64,000 bases of DNA from Desulfosoma sp. (GTDB taxonomy: Bacteria; Desulfobacterota; Syntrophobacteria; Syntrophobacterales; DSM-9756), in NCBI GenBank assembly GCA_037481835.1, contig JBBFKW010000016.1:55502-119501 (forward strand). The letters run 5' to 3'. Under the pieces are notes generated by a model that worked only from the letters and a program-made list of their open reading frames with translations, was not told the origin of the DNA and did not search any database. Of this stretch, positions 20,649-29,194 are shown one piece after another (the first letter of the stretch is position 1; every line of letters starts with the position of its first letter). Position numbers and translations under genes: made by a program.

Positions 20649-20682
20649 GGTCTTACAGATAACAACTTATAGGAGAGTGTCC

Positions 20683-20901
20683 ATGGAAAAAACTGTTAAT
20701 GCAATTATGCCGGGATTGACCGCACGCGTGGTGGTGAACGTGGGAGATAGAGTGGCAAGAGGCCAGGAGGTGGCCGTCATTAACTGCATGAAAACCGAAA
20801 TTCCCGTTGTGAGCGAGGATGATGGGGTCGTTAAACAAATCCTTGTAAAGGAGTGGGATGAGCTCCAGGTGGGGGATCCCATGGTGGTTTTAGAAGTATA
20901 A
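20683..20901 (+). CDS. Stand-alone biotin carboxyl carrier protein
   Basis: 72-aa biotinyl-domain pattern VGDRVARGQEVAVINCMKTEIPV with MK lysine; AGGAG RBS. Confidence 0.85.
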   Translation: MEKTVNAIMPGLTARVVVNVGDRVARGQEVAVINCMKTEIPVVSEDDGVVKQILVKEWDELQVGDPMVVLEV

Positions 20902-20923
20902 ACCCGGAATGGTATCTATGAAC

Positions 20924-22258
20924 ATGATCAAAAAACTCCTTGTGGCCAACCGTGGTGAAATCGTCCGCCGCATTATCCGAACGTGCCGAGAAATGGGCGT
21001 TCAAACGGTTGCTGTGTTTTCGGAAGCAGATCGCGGGGCTGCTTATGTGACCGATGCAGACCAGGCTGTTTGTATCGGTCCTGCGAATCCTCTGCAGAGT
21101 TATCTGAACATCGATGCCCTTTTGGATGCGGCGCGAAAAACGGGGGCCGATGCGGTTCACCCCGGGTACGGTTTTCTTTCGGAGCGCGGTGCGTTCGCAG
21201 AGGCCGTAGAGAATGCCGGGATGATTTGGGTCGGTCCCCCATCAAAACTCCTGCGCAGGATCAGTTCTAAGTGTGCGTGCAGGCAGATTGCGAGTGAGGT
21301 GGGGGTGCCAGTCGTGCCAGGTACGCTGAAACCGGTTGCCGATCCTGAGGAAATTTTAAAATATGGAAGGCGGCATGGATACCCCCTTTTCCTAAAGCTC
21401 GACAAAGGAGGTGGGGGCAAAGGTATTTCGAGGATTAACGGCCCCGAGGATGTGGAGCGAGTCTTCAAGCAGGCGAGCAGTATTGGAAGTGTGGCTTTTG
21501 GATCTTCGGACTGCTATTTAGAGCATGTCGTGGCAAAGCCTCGCCACATTGAGGTCCAGTTTGTGGCGGACAAGCACGGCAACTGTGTTTGTCTCGGAGA
21601 GCGCGAGTGTTCCATTCAACGACGAAATCAAAAAATTATAGAGGAGGGTCCATCGCCTGCGGTCTCCCCAGAAGAGCGAGCCCTGTTATTCGATTGGACC
21701 AGGCGGATTGTGCTCCGTATGGGATACCACGGGGCAGGAACGATCGAAGGGCTTCGGTCCGCGGATGGGAGCTACTATTTCATGGAAATAAATGCCCGCC
21801 TGCAGGTGGAACATGCGGTGAGCGAGTTCATAACAGGCCTTGACATTGTCAAGTGCCAGCTTGAAATATCTTGCGGGATGCCGCTCAGTTTTGTTCAAGA
21901 GGAAGTTAGCCTTAGCGGACACGCTATCGAGGCGCGAATTTACGCCGAAGACCCCGAAACCTTCATGCCTTCACCGGGCATTATCAAAAGACTCAGTCTT
22001 CCCGCAGTTAATAATTGCCTGAGGATCGACCATGCCCTTGCAGAAAACACAACTGTTCCCCCATATTACGATCCCCTCCTCGCCAAGGTCGTTGCTTGGG
22101 ATGGGAATCGGCCAGCGGCCATTGGGCGACTAACCGAGGCGCTCAAGCGTATTGAAATTGAAGGGATTAAGACCAACATTCAAACGAGCCTGAAGGTCCT
22201 AAGTAGTGAGTTGTTTCTGCGCGGTGAGTATGACACCTCGTTTTTGAGTGGAGAATAA
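20924..22258 (+). CDS. Biotin carboxylase (alternative starts at 20909 and 20918)
   Basis: KKLLVANRGE, HPGYGFLSE, GGGGKG, ERECSIQRRNQK, MEINARLQVEH, YYDPLLAK. Confidence 0.93.
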   Translation: MIKKLLVANRGEIVRRIIRTCREMGVQTVAVFSEADRGAAYVTDADQAVCIGPANPLQSYLNIDALLDAARKTGADAVHPGYGFLSERGAFAEAVENAGMIWVGPPSKLLRRISSKCACRQIASEVGVPVVPGTLKPVADPEEILKYGRRHGYPLFLKLDKGGGGKGISRINGPEDVERVFKQASSIGSVAFGSSDCYLEHVVAKPRHIEVQFVADKHGNCVCLGERECSIQRRNQKIIEEGPSPAVSPEERALLFDWTRRIVLRMGYHGAGTIEGLRSADGSYYFMEINARLQVEHAVSEFITGLDIVKCQLEISCGMPLSFVQEEVSLSGHAIEARIYAEDPETFMPSPGIIKRLSLPAVNNCLRIDHALAENTTVPPYYDPLLAKVVAWDGNRPAAIGRLTEALKRIEIEGIKTNIQTSLKVLSSELFLRGEYDTSFLSGE

Positions 22259-22294
22259 TGTAATATTATTTGTGAATCGCGTGACGACTTGGTA

Positions 22295-22318
22295 AGGGCA
22301 GGAAGTCTATCCTGCCCT
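22295..22318 (+). terminator. Hairpin after the carboxylase operon
   Basis: 9-bp stem AGGGCAGGA/TCCTGCCCT; no strong U tract. Confidence 0.4.
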
Positions 22319-22414
22319 AAGATATTAAATTCGATTTTCCTGGAAGCATATAGAAACAAAGCGTTTTCCTCCGAATGAATTTCAACGCCGAGGGGGGGTG
22401 TTTCTTTGGAGAGT

Positions 22415-23975
22415 TGAATCCGTGACGGCTAAGGGAATGAGCCTCTATGGAGCCCTGGGAGAACCTTTTTGAGCACCACGGCGGTCGATTGACATCAGAA
22501 TCGGACGCCGCAGCCGTCAAATCCGGTTGATGTATGACGGAGCAATAAATTGTGCCTCTTTGGGACGCACTTCCCCCTTTAAGACACTTCGGGGTGTCTG
22601 TGTTTACCGGCCCCCTCATGGGGGTTTTAGGCCAGGCAGAATTTTACAAAGAGCCTTCGAAAGGGTGCATACCCCGAACGATGCCGCCCGAATTGAAGCT
22701 CGATGAGCCGTCCCGTGTGAATCACCCGGGCCGCAAGGACGATGAGTTCCTGGATGACGGTTCCAATGCGCCGCCTTTTGGCAGGATGGCGAACCGGGGC
22801 GTCGTCTCCCAGAAGGCCTTCCTCGCCGATTATCCGAAGAACATTGTCAACCATCGCCCCAAGAGTCAGCACCAAGGCGTTGATGGAAAACTTTCCCGAG
22901 GGCAGCCGCTCCAAATCCAGGTCCGTTTTGATTTCACTATGAAACGGCTCGCTCAGACCCCGGTTTTCGTAAAGAACGATGATGTCTTCTTCAGGAAGAT
23001 GCACGTTCGTCTACCATCCTTCGAGCTCGATAACCGGCTCAAGAAGCCTCTGTCCCTTGGCGTCGGCCGTCCTGATCGTAACCCGAATTACCAACCGATA
23101 ATGCTCAAGCCTGCCCTCGTGGTTTCGGGGTATCGACACGCTCAAAAGCCCCAGCTGCTTTCCGGAACTCCGCTGGCCTACGCACCCTTCGGTGGAGACT
23201 TTCTGTGCCCAATGGGCCCGATTCGCTCTTCGTGGATTTCATTTGACGATAAAGGCGGTGATCTCATGGGCCGAAAGTTCCGCTCGGGTCTCCACAGCAT
23301 CATGAGCCGCATCAAGCCTCACGAGAAGGGGCTTTTCGGTCAACCGGCGGGCGTTGTCCAAGGTCCCTCGCAAGAAAGGCACAAACCCGTTCTGGGAATG
23401 CTGACTCCCCTCCCGCAGCTCAACCCCGAGGCACCATCCCTCCGATCCCAGGTAGGCCCCAATGGGCGCATAGCCGTCATAGCCCTGGGAGGTTCGAGAA
23501 ACGCCCTCTTTTTGGGTCTTGGAATTGTCCAAGCAGAAAACATCCACGTCCAAAGCCACGTGGCCAGTAGGAAGCTCCGTTACGGGAATGTGGACGTTCT
23601 CCAGAAGCTCCACTGCCAATGGCCTCCCGGAACCACGCGTCCTTGCTCACTCCACGGACGGCCTGAAAATCGCTCCTGCCCGTTGCCAACACCCCGAGGG
23701 AGGTTTTCATCACGTCCTTGTGCGGGGTTTTGGGATACCCCCAACCCCATCCTGTTCTGGAAGAGCGTCGTGTAGTTATTGACCCGCGCCCCGAAAAGGG
23801 CCAGACCTGATTACTGTAGATGACCTTGGAGGATTGATCGATCTCGATCTGTTCATCATTGAACCTTCAGAGTGAGTTAAATACTGTAACGTCTATGCCA
23901 TAAAAAGCTAGATAAGTCAACCTCGTGAATGGCATATTATACTTTTATGGATAGGTCTTCTTTCACGGATTCAGG
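22415..23975 (-). mobile_element. Decayed IS1380-family insertion sequence
   Basis: Inverted ends TGAATCCGTGA (22415-22425) and TCACGGATTCAGG (23963-23975) flank a fragmented transposase. Confidence 0.75.
22627..23859 (-). pseudogene. IS1380-family DDE transposase pseudogene with several frameshifts/stops
   Basis: Fragments in different frames: LATGRSDFQAV; LDVDVFCLDNSKTQKEGVSRT..GYDGYAPI..LREGSQHSQ..VRLDA; YENRG.SE.FHSEIKTDLDLERLPSGKF. Confidence 0.85.
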
Positions 23976-23988
23976 GAGATGTTAAAAG

Positions 23989-24405
23989 ATGATGCATCAA
24001 ATTGAAGGGCGTTTCAAAATCCTTGTGGGGTACGACGGGACGCGGACAGCGAAAGAGGCCCTGAACGTGGCCTTGTTTCATGCGCGACATTTTCATGCGG
24101 AGGTGCATGTGGCCTGGTCCCTCACGGGAGGTCAAAGCACTTCGGCGGAAGAAATCGACACCGCCCGGGATGGACTCCACCATGTGGAAGATCTGTTCGG
24201 GGAGGCCCAGATCCCCTGTCAAACCCATCTCCTGATCCGGGGGCTTTCCCCGGGAGAGGATTTGGTGCGGTTCGCTGAAGAGCATGCGGTGGGGGAAATC
24301 ATCATCGGGGTCCGACGCCGTTCCCAGGTGGGAAAGCTTCTTTTCGGCTCCACAGCGCGCTACGTGATCCTCAACGCCCCCTGCCCCGTTGTCAGCGTCA
24401 AGTAG
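23989..24405 (+). CDS. Universal stress protein
   Basis: KILVGYDG, IIIGVRRRSQVGKLLFGSTARYVILNAPCPVVSVK. Confidence 0.93.
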   Translation: MMHQIEGRFKILVGYDGTRTAKEALNVALFHARHFHAEVHVAWSLTGGQSTSAEEIDTARDGLHHVEDLFGEAQIPCQTHLLIRGLSPGEDLVRFAEEHAVGEIIIGVRRRSQVGKLLFGSTARYVILNAPCPVVSVK

Positions 24406-24436
24406 TGCGGTTTTCCAAAGGGGGCCCTCCCAAGAA

Positions 24437-24470
24437 AAAAGCCGCCCTCCCCGGGGGGAGGACGGCTTTT
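24437..24470. terminator. Bidirectional intrinsic terminator between usp and tRNA-Leu
   Basis: AAAAGCCGCCCTCCCC...GGGAGGACGGCTTTT with flanking A and T tracts between convergent genes. Confidence 0.7.
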
Positions 24471-24520
24471 CGTGTCCGTGAGCTTGCCCGCCGTCTGTAA
24501 AAACCACAAAAAGCAAAAGA

Positions 24521-24608
24521 TGGTGCCGAAGCGGGGACTCGAACCCCGACAGGCCTATTGCCCACTAGATCCTGAATCTAGCGCGTCTACCAATTCCGCC
24601 ACTTCGGC
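24521..24608 (-). tRNA. tRNA-Leu(CAG)
   Basis: GCCGAAGTGGCGGAATTGGTAGACGCG CTAGA-TT-CAG-GA-TCTAG, long variable arm, GGTTCGAGTCC, ends CACCA. Confidence 0.97.
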
Positions 24609-24647
24609 ATTATCATACGAAAAAGGCGTTGCCTTGGAAGCGCCGAT

Positions 24648-24676
24648 AAACTATGGTAAAAGCCTTCAGCTGTCAA
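24648..24676 (-). promoter_or_regulatory. Sigma70-type promoter for tRNA-Leu
   Basis: TTGACA-N17-TAGTTT on the minus strand. Confidence 0.55.
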
Positions 24677-24715
24677 GCGCATTTTGTGGTGAAACCGGAG
24701 GTTCCCAAACAAGCG

Positions 24716-25669
24716 ATGAAGGTGATCCGAAGCGTGGAAGACATCCAAAAGCCACTTCACAATCCCGTGATGACCATCGGCAATTTTGACGGGGTCCATC
24801 GCGGCCACAAGGCCTTGTTTCAACGCGTCGTGGATTGGGCGAAAAAACTTGGCGGTCAATCGGTGGTGATGACCTTCGATCCCCACCCTCTCCAGGTGTT
24901 GGCGCCGTCCCGAGGACCGGATTTCATCACATCCCATGGAAAGAAACTGGAACTCATCGAGGCCGAAGGGATCGACGTCACCATCGTGATCCCGTTTAGC
25001 AAGGATTTCGCACAGATTTCCGCCCACGACTTCGTCAAAGACCTTCTCGTGGACCGCATCGGCATCAAGGGGATCGTCGTGGGCTACGATTATCGGTTCG
25101 GCAGAAACCGCGAGGGCGACATCCGCCTGCTGCGGGAACTGGGCAACCGATACGGTTTCCAGGTGGAGATGGTGTCCGGCATTGAGCTGGAGGGCACCCT
25201 GGTGAGCAGCACGGCCATTCGCCAGCTCATCCGCGACGGCGAAATCCGGGAGGCGGAGCGGCTCTTGGGGCGGCCCTATGAAATCGTCGGGCGCGTCGTC
25301 AAAGGGCGCGAGCGGGGGCGGCTCCTGGGATTCCCCACCGCCAACGTGGATGTCCAAAAGCAAGTGCCGCCCAAGCCCGGCGTCTATGCCGTGGAAGTGG
25401 ACCTGGACGGCGAAACCTACATGGGTGCGGCCAACTTCGGATGGAACCCCACCTTCGGGGATCCGACGCCCTCCTTGGAGGTGCACGTGCTGGATTTCGA
25501 CGGCGACCTGTACAACAAGGAAATCGCCGTCCGTTTTGTGGAGCGCATTCGAGACGAGCGGCGCTTCCCCGGCCCGGAAGCCCTTGTCGCCCAGATCCAT
25601 AAGGATGTGGAGACCGTGCGGGGCATTCTGGCCACAAGGAAACCCATGGCCATGGCCGCATCGGGTTGA
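24716..25669 (+). CDS. ribF: Bifunctional riboflavin kinase/FAD synthetase
   Basis: TIGNFDGVHRGH, TFDPHP, VSSTAIR, GRLLGFPTAN, LEVHVLDF. Confidence 0.95.
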   Translation: MKVIRSVEDIQKPLHNPVMTIGNFDGVHRGHKALFQRVVDWAKKLGGQSVVMTFDPHPLQVLAPSRGPDFITSHGKKLELIEAEGIDVTIVIPFSKDFAQISAHDFVKDLLVDRIGIKGIVVGYDYRFGRNREGDIRLLRELGNRYGFQVEMVSGIELEGTLVSSTAIRQLIRDGEIREAERLLGRPYEIVGRVVKGRERGRLLGFPTANVDVQKQVPPKPGVYAVEVDLDGETYMGAANFGWNPTFGDPTPSLEVHVLDFDGDLYNKEIAVRFVERIRDERRFPGPEALVAQIHKDVETVRGILATRKPMAMAASG

Positions 25670-25726
25670 AGCCGCACTGGAACCGTGCCGCGCCCTGCCG
25701 TGATGGGGTGCGGTTTTACGGATCTT

Positions 25727-25753
25727 GTTGGGGTTCGCTTCGCTCACCCCAAC
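25727..25753 (+). repeat. REP-like palindrome, copy 2
   Basis: GTTGGGGTTCGCTTCGCTCACCCCAAC between convergent ribF and hflX. Confidence 0.75.
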
Positions 25754-25779
25754 ACCCCCCAAAAGACCTTCCCCCCTTT

Positions 25780-27534
25780 TCAGGACAGGGCCAGCGGAGT
25801 GGCGAAGCCTTTTTCATCCAAGGCCGGGCTCCCTTGCGGCGTGAGAGATCCCTCGTCCGCGCTCTGTCCCATCGCTTCGCCCTCCATTGGCCTTTCGGGA
25901 AGGAAGAAATTTTCCACCTTGTTCTGAAGCACCTCGATCAAGGGCATGAGCGTGTTTCGGTCGATGGCCGACACGGCCACGGCTTCGCCGTGCCGACGCA
26001 AGGCCCTGGCGACGGTTTCCCCATCGATCTTGTCGATCTTGTTGAATACGAGAACCATGGGCTTTCGGTCCAGTCCCAGCTTTTCCAGGACCACGTCCAC
26101 CGAGGCCATGTGTTCTTCGTAACGGGGGTTGCTGATGTCCACCACGTGGAGCAGCAGGTCCGCATCGTTCAATTCTTCCAGCGTGGCGGCGAAGGCGTCC
26201 AAGAGGTTTTGCGGCAGATTGCGAATGAAACCCACGGTGTCCGTCACAATGACTTCCATGTCGCGGGGAAAGCGCAACCGCCGTGTTGTGGGATCCAGGG
26301 TCGCGAACAATTGGTCTTCCGCCCAGACGCGGCTGTGGGTGAGCGTGTTCAGCAGGGTGGATTTTCCTGCGTTCGTATAGCCCACGATGGACAGGATGGG
26401 GAGCGTTTGGCGCAGGCGCTTGGCGCGACGCTGTGAGCGATCCTTGCGCACCTGCTTCAGCTGCCTTTCCAGGTGGGCGATGCGGTCTTTGATGCGCCGC
26501 CGGTTGATTTCCAGCTTGGTTTCCCCGGGGCCACGCACGCCGATGCCGCCCCTCAGCCGGGACAAGGCGTCGTCTTTGACACCGAGACGGGGCAGGAGGT
26601 ACTTGAGCTGGGCGATTTCCACTTGGAGTTTTCCTTCCCGGCTTTGAGCGCGCTGGGCGAAGATGTCCAAAATGAGCTGTGTGCGGTCGATGACGCGCAA
26701 TTCCGTGGTGTCCGTGATGGAGCGGATTTGGGACGGATTCAGGTCCTGGTCGAAAATGAGGAGATCGACGCCGCATTGCAGGGCCCGGACGATGATTTCA
26801 CTCAGCTTCCCTTTGCCGATGAGGTACTTGGGATTGGCCTGGCGCTGGCGCTGGATGATGGTATCCGCCACGCTGATGCCGGCGCTGCGCGCCAGTTCAC
26901 GCAGTTCCTCCAGGGACGCTTCGGCCGTTTCCCGATCCTCCGTCGTCACGCTCACCAAGATCGCCCGATCCTTGGCCTCTTCGGCGGCAAAGGACTGGCG
27001 TCCCCGTTCCAGTTCTTCTTCCAGAGACTGCACGAATTGAAGAAAATCCAAGGACGGTTCCGCGCAGGGCGTCGGCGGCAGAACCCGCCAGGCCGCTTCG
27101 GTTTTCCCCGAGGAGGGCAGAAGGTGCGCCGTTTCCAGGTCCTTGGCCCCTCCGTGGAGGTCCACCCGCACGACGGCGACGCAGTCCAGCCGCAGAAAGA
27201 CGAGGTCCATGAGATCGTCTTGGCTCAGCGGTTCTTCTCGAAGGTGCGTGTGGACGAACCGAAGGCCCCGGAGGCGCCACCGGCCAGCCCGGGACTTGGG
27301 AAGATCGGGGATGTAGATGGATCCGGAATCGCCCACCAGGACCATTTCCACACTGCCGTCCCGGCCGATCATGAGACCGATCTGGCGGCCGCTTTCAAAG
27401 GACAGCCGGGCCAGGTCCCGGGCCAGTTCGGGCGAGATGACGTCGCGGGGCAGGCAGCGGCGGCGGGTGAGGTTTTCCAGGCGCTTGCGCACCTGCTTCT
27501 TCAGGCCTGTGATATCTCCGTAGATTCTCGAGAT
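25780..27534 (-). CDS. hflX: GTPase HflX, long form (probable ATC start at 27534; alternative ATG at 27582)
   Basis: DRTQLILDIFAQRA, GPGETKLE, GYTNAGKST, DTVGF, NKID. Confidence 0.93.
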   Translation of the reverse strand: MSRIYGDITGLKKQVRKRLENLTRRRCLPRDVISPELARDLARLSFESGRQIGLMIGRDGSVEMVLVGDSGSIYIPDLPKSRAGRWRLRGLRFVHTHLREEPLSQDDLMDLVFLRLDCVAVVRVDLHGGAKDLETAHLLPSSGKTEAAWRVLPPTPCAEPSLDFLQFVQSLEEELERGRQSFAAEEAKDRAILVSVTTEDRETAEASLEELRELARSAGISVADTIIQRQRQANPKYLIGKGKLSEIIVRALQCGVDLLIFDQDLNPSQIRSITDTTELRVIDRTQLILDIFAQRAQSREGKLQVEIAQLKYLLPRLGVKDDALSRLRGGIGVRGPGETKLEINRRRIKDRIAHLERQLKQVRKDRSQRRAKRLRQTLPILSIVGYTNAGKSTLLNTLTHSRVWAEDQLFATLDPTTRRLRFPRDMEVIVTDTVGFIRNLPQNLLDAFAATLEELNDADLLLHVVDISNPRYEEHMASVDVVLEKLGLDRKPMVLVFNKIDKIDGETVARALRRHGEAVAVSAIDRNTLMPLIEVLQNKVENFFLPERPMEGEAMGQSADEGSLTPQGSPALDEKGFATPLALS

Positions 27535-27744
27535 GGTTTCCCTCCCTAAGTCATCGTCCCGAAGGCAACCCCCTCGGGCCATGCCGGTCTATGTTGGCTC
27601 AGCTCTACGAGCCCAAACTTTATCGACACTTTATTATAATCGGATGTTAAAGAAAAACCAGGCGGCGGTTTTTTCGCGCCTCCTCGTGTCGGCCCGCTTT
27701 CGGGCACGGCGGTGTGGAGGAATGGCCGGTCTTTCGGCTTTTCC

Positions 27745-29070
27745 CTACGCCCCGTAGGGGTTTCGACGATCCACGAGGCGCACCGCCTTGCCTTCGTTTC
27801 GCGGCAGTCCGTGCGGTTCCACGAGCCGGACTTCGGGGGTAACCAGCAGTTCGCTTTTGAGTTCCTTGGTGATCTTCTTCTGGAGCCTTTGCAGCTGGCG
27901 CATGTCTTCCACGAAGATCTTGTCGGTGACTTCCACTTCCACGGTCATGACGTCCACGTTGTCGAGCCGATCCAAAACGATGCGGTAATTGTTCCCCACC
28001 TCGGGGATGCCCATGAGCACTTGTTCCACTTGGATCGGGAAGATATTGACCCCCTTGAGGATGAACATGTCGTCGGAGCGGCCCTGGATCCGATCCAACC
28101 GCCGATGAACCCGGCCGCAGGGGCAGTCCCCCGGCAGGATCCGGGTGAGGTCCTTGGTGCGGTACCGAATCAGGGGCATGCCTTCACGGTTGAGGGTGGT
28201 GAGGACCAATTCGCCCAGGGCGCCTTCGGGGACGGGTTCCAAGGTCTTCGGATCCAGCACTTCCACCAGGTAGGCGTCTTCCCAGATGTGCAGTCCGTTT
28301 TGGTGGACGCATTCAAAGGCCACACCGGGGCCGTTCATTTCCGAAAGACCGTAACTGTTATAGACGCTCACGCCATAGAAGGCTTCCACCCTTCGGCGCA
28401 CCTCTTCCGAATAGGGTTCGGCGCCCAAGTAGGCGATACGGAGGTGTAAGTCCCTTGAGGGGTCCACGCCCATTTCCGCCATGACGTCCATCAGGCGCAG
28501 GGCGTAGCTGGGGATGATGTGCATGACGGTGGTGGAAAAATCCCGCATGAGCTGGATCTGGCGTTTGCTGTTTCCGGCTCCCGCGGGGATGGTGAGCAAT
28601 CCCAGGCGTTCGGCCCCGTAGTGGAATCCCAGGCCGCCCGTAAAGAGGCCGTAACCGGAAAGGTTTTGAAAGACGTCTCCGGGCCGGGCTCCACTCATGT
28701 ACAGGCACCGCGCCATGAGATCGGCCCAGACGTCCACGTCTTTTTGGGTGTAAAAGACGGCCGTCGCCTGCCCCGTGGTGCCGGAAGAAACGTGGAGGCG
28801 GATGAGCCGATCTTTCGGCACGCACAAGAACCCGTAGGGGTAGGCGGCGCGAAGATCGTCTTTGGTGGTCACGGGTAACAGGCGAATATCCTCGAGAGAG
28901 CGGATGCGCCGCCACGGCTCAGGGCCCAGGCTCTCTCGATAAAAAGGCGCTTGGGCCGCTCGGCGCAAGGTCTCGCGCAGCCGTTCCTGCTGGAGCTGCT
29001 CCAAGGCCGCTCGGGAAAGGGTTTCCGCTTCCGGGTCGTAGTACGAAGCATTGTTTCGTGTCGTGTTCAT
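27745..29070 (-). CDS. paaK: Phenylacetate-CoA ligase family protein
   Basis: HVSSGTTG, YGLFTGGLG, GAEP, YGLSE, PLIRYRT, GRSDDM, KGVNIFP. Confidence 0.88.
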   Translation of the reverse strand: MNTTRNNASYYDPEAETLSRAALEQLQQERLRETLRRAAQAPFYRESLGPEPWRRIRSLEDIRLLPVTTKDDLRAAYPYGFLCVPKDRLIRLHVSSGTTGQATAVFYTQKDVDVWADLMARCLYMSGARPGDVFQNLSGYGLFTGGLGFHYGAERLGLLTIPAGAGNSKRQIQLMRDFSTTVMHIIPSYALRLMDVMAEMGVDPSRDLHLRIAYLGAEPYSEEVRRRVEAFYGVSVYNSYGLSEMNGPGVAFECVHQNGLHIWEDAYLVEVLDPKTLEPVPEGALGELVLTTLNREGMPLIRYRTKDLTRILPGDCPCGRVHRRLDRIQGRSDDMFILKGVNIFPIQVEQVLMGIPEVGNNYRIVLDRLDNVDVMTVEVEVTDKIFVEDMRQLQRLQKKITKELKSELLVTPEVRLVEPHGLPRNEGKAVRLVDRRNPYGA

Positions 29071-29194
29071 TATCGGTTTCTTTCGGTGTCTCCATGACTT
29101 TCAAGGCCCAATCGCAGGCCCCGGCGAAGAAGCCCCTGCGCCGCCATCATCCGGGCCGGAGCGCAGGGCCTTGCACGGCTTCAGGCTTCGTCCC

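Noticed and set aside
22552..23775. 407-aa plus-strand ORF
   Set aside because: Antisense to the IS1380 transposase remnants; no recognisable domain.
24406..24608. tRNA-Leu as the integration site of the catabolic block
   Set aside because: No integrase and no duplicated tRNA 3' end seen; usp lies between the tRNA and the IS.
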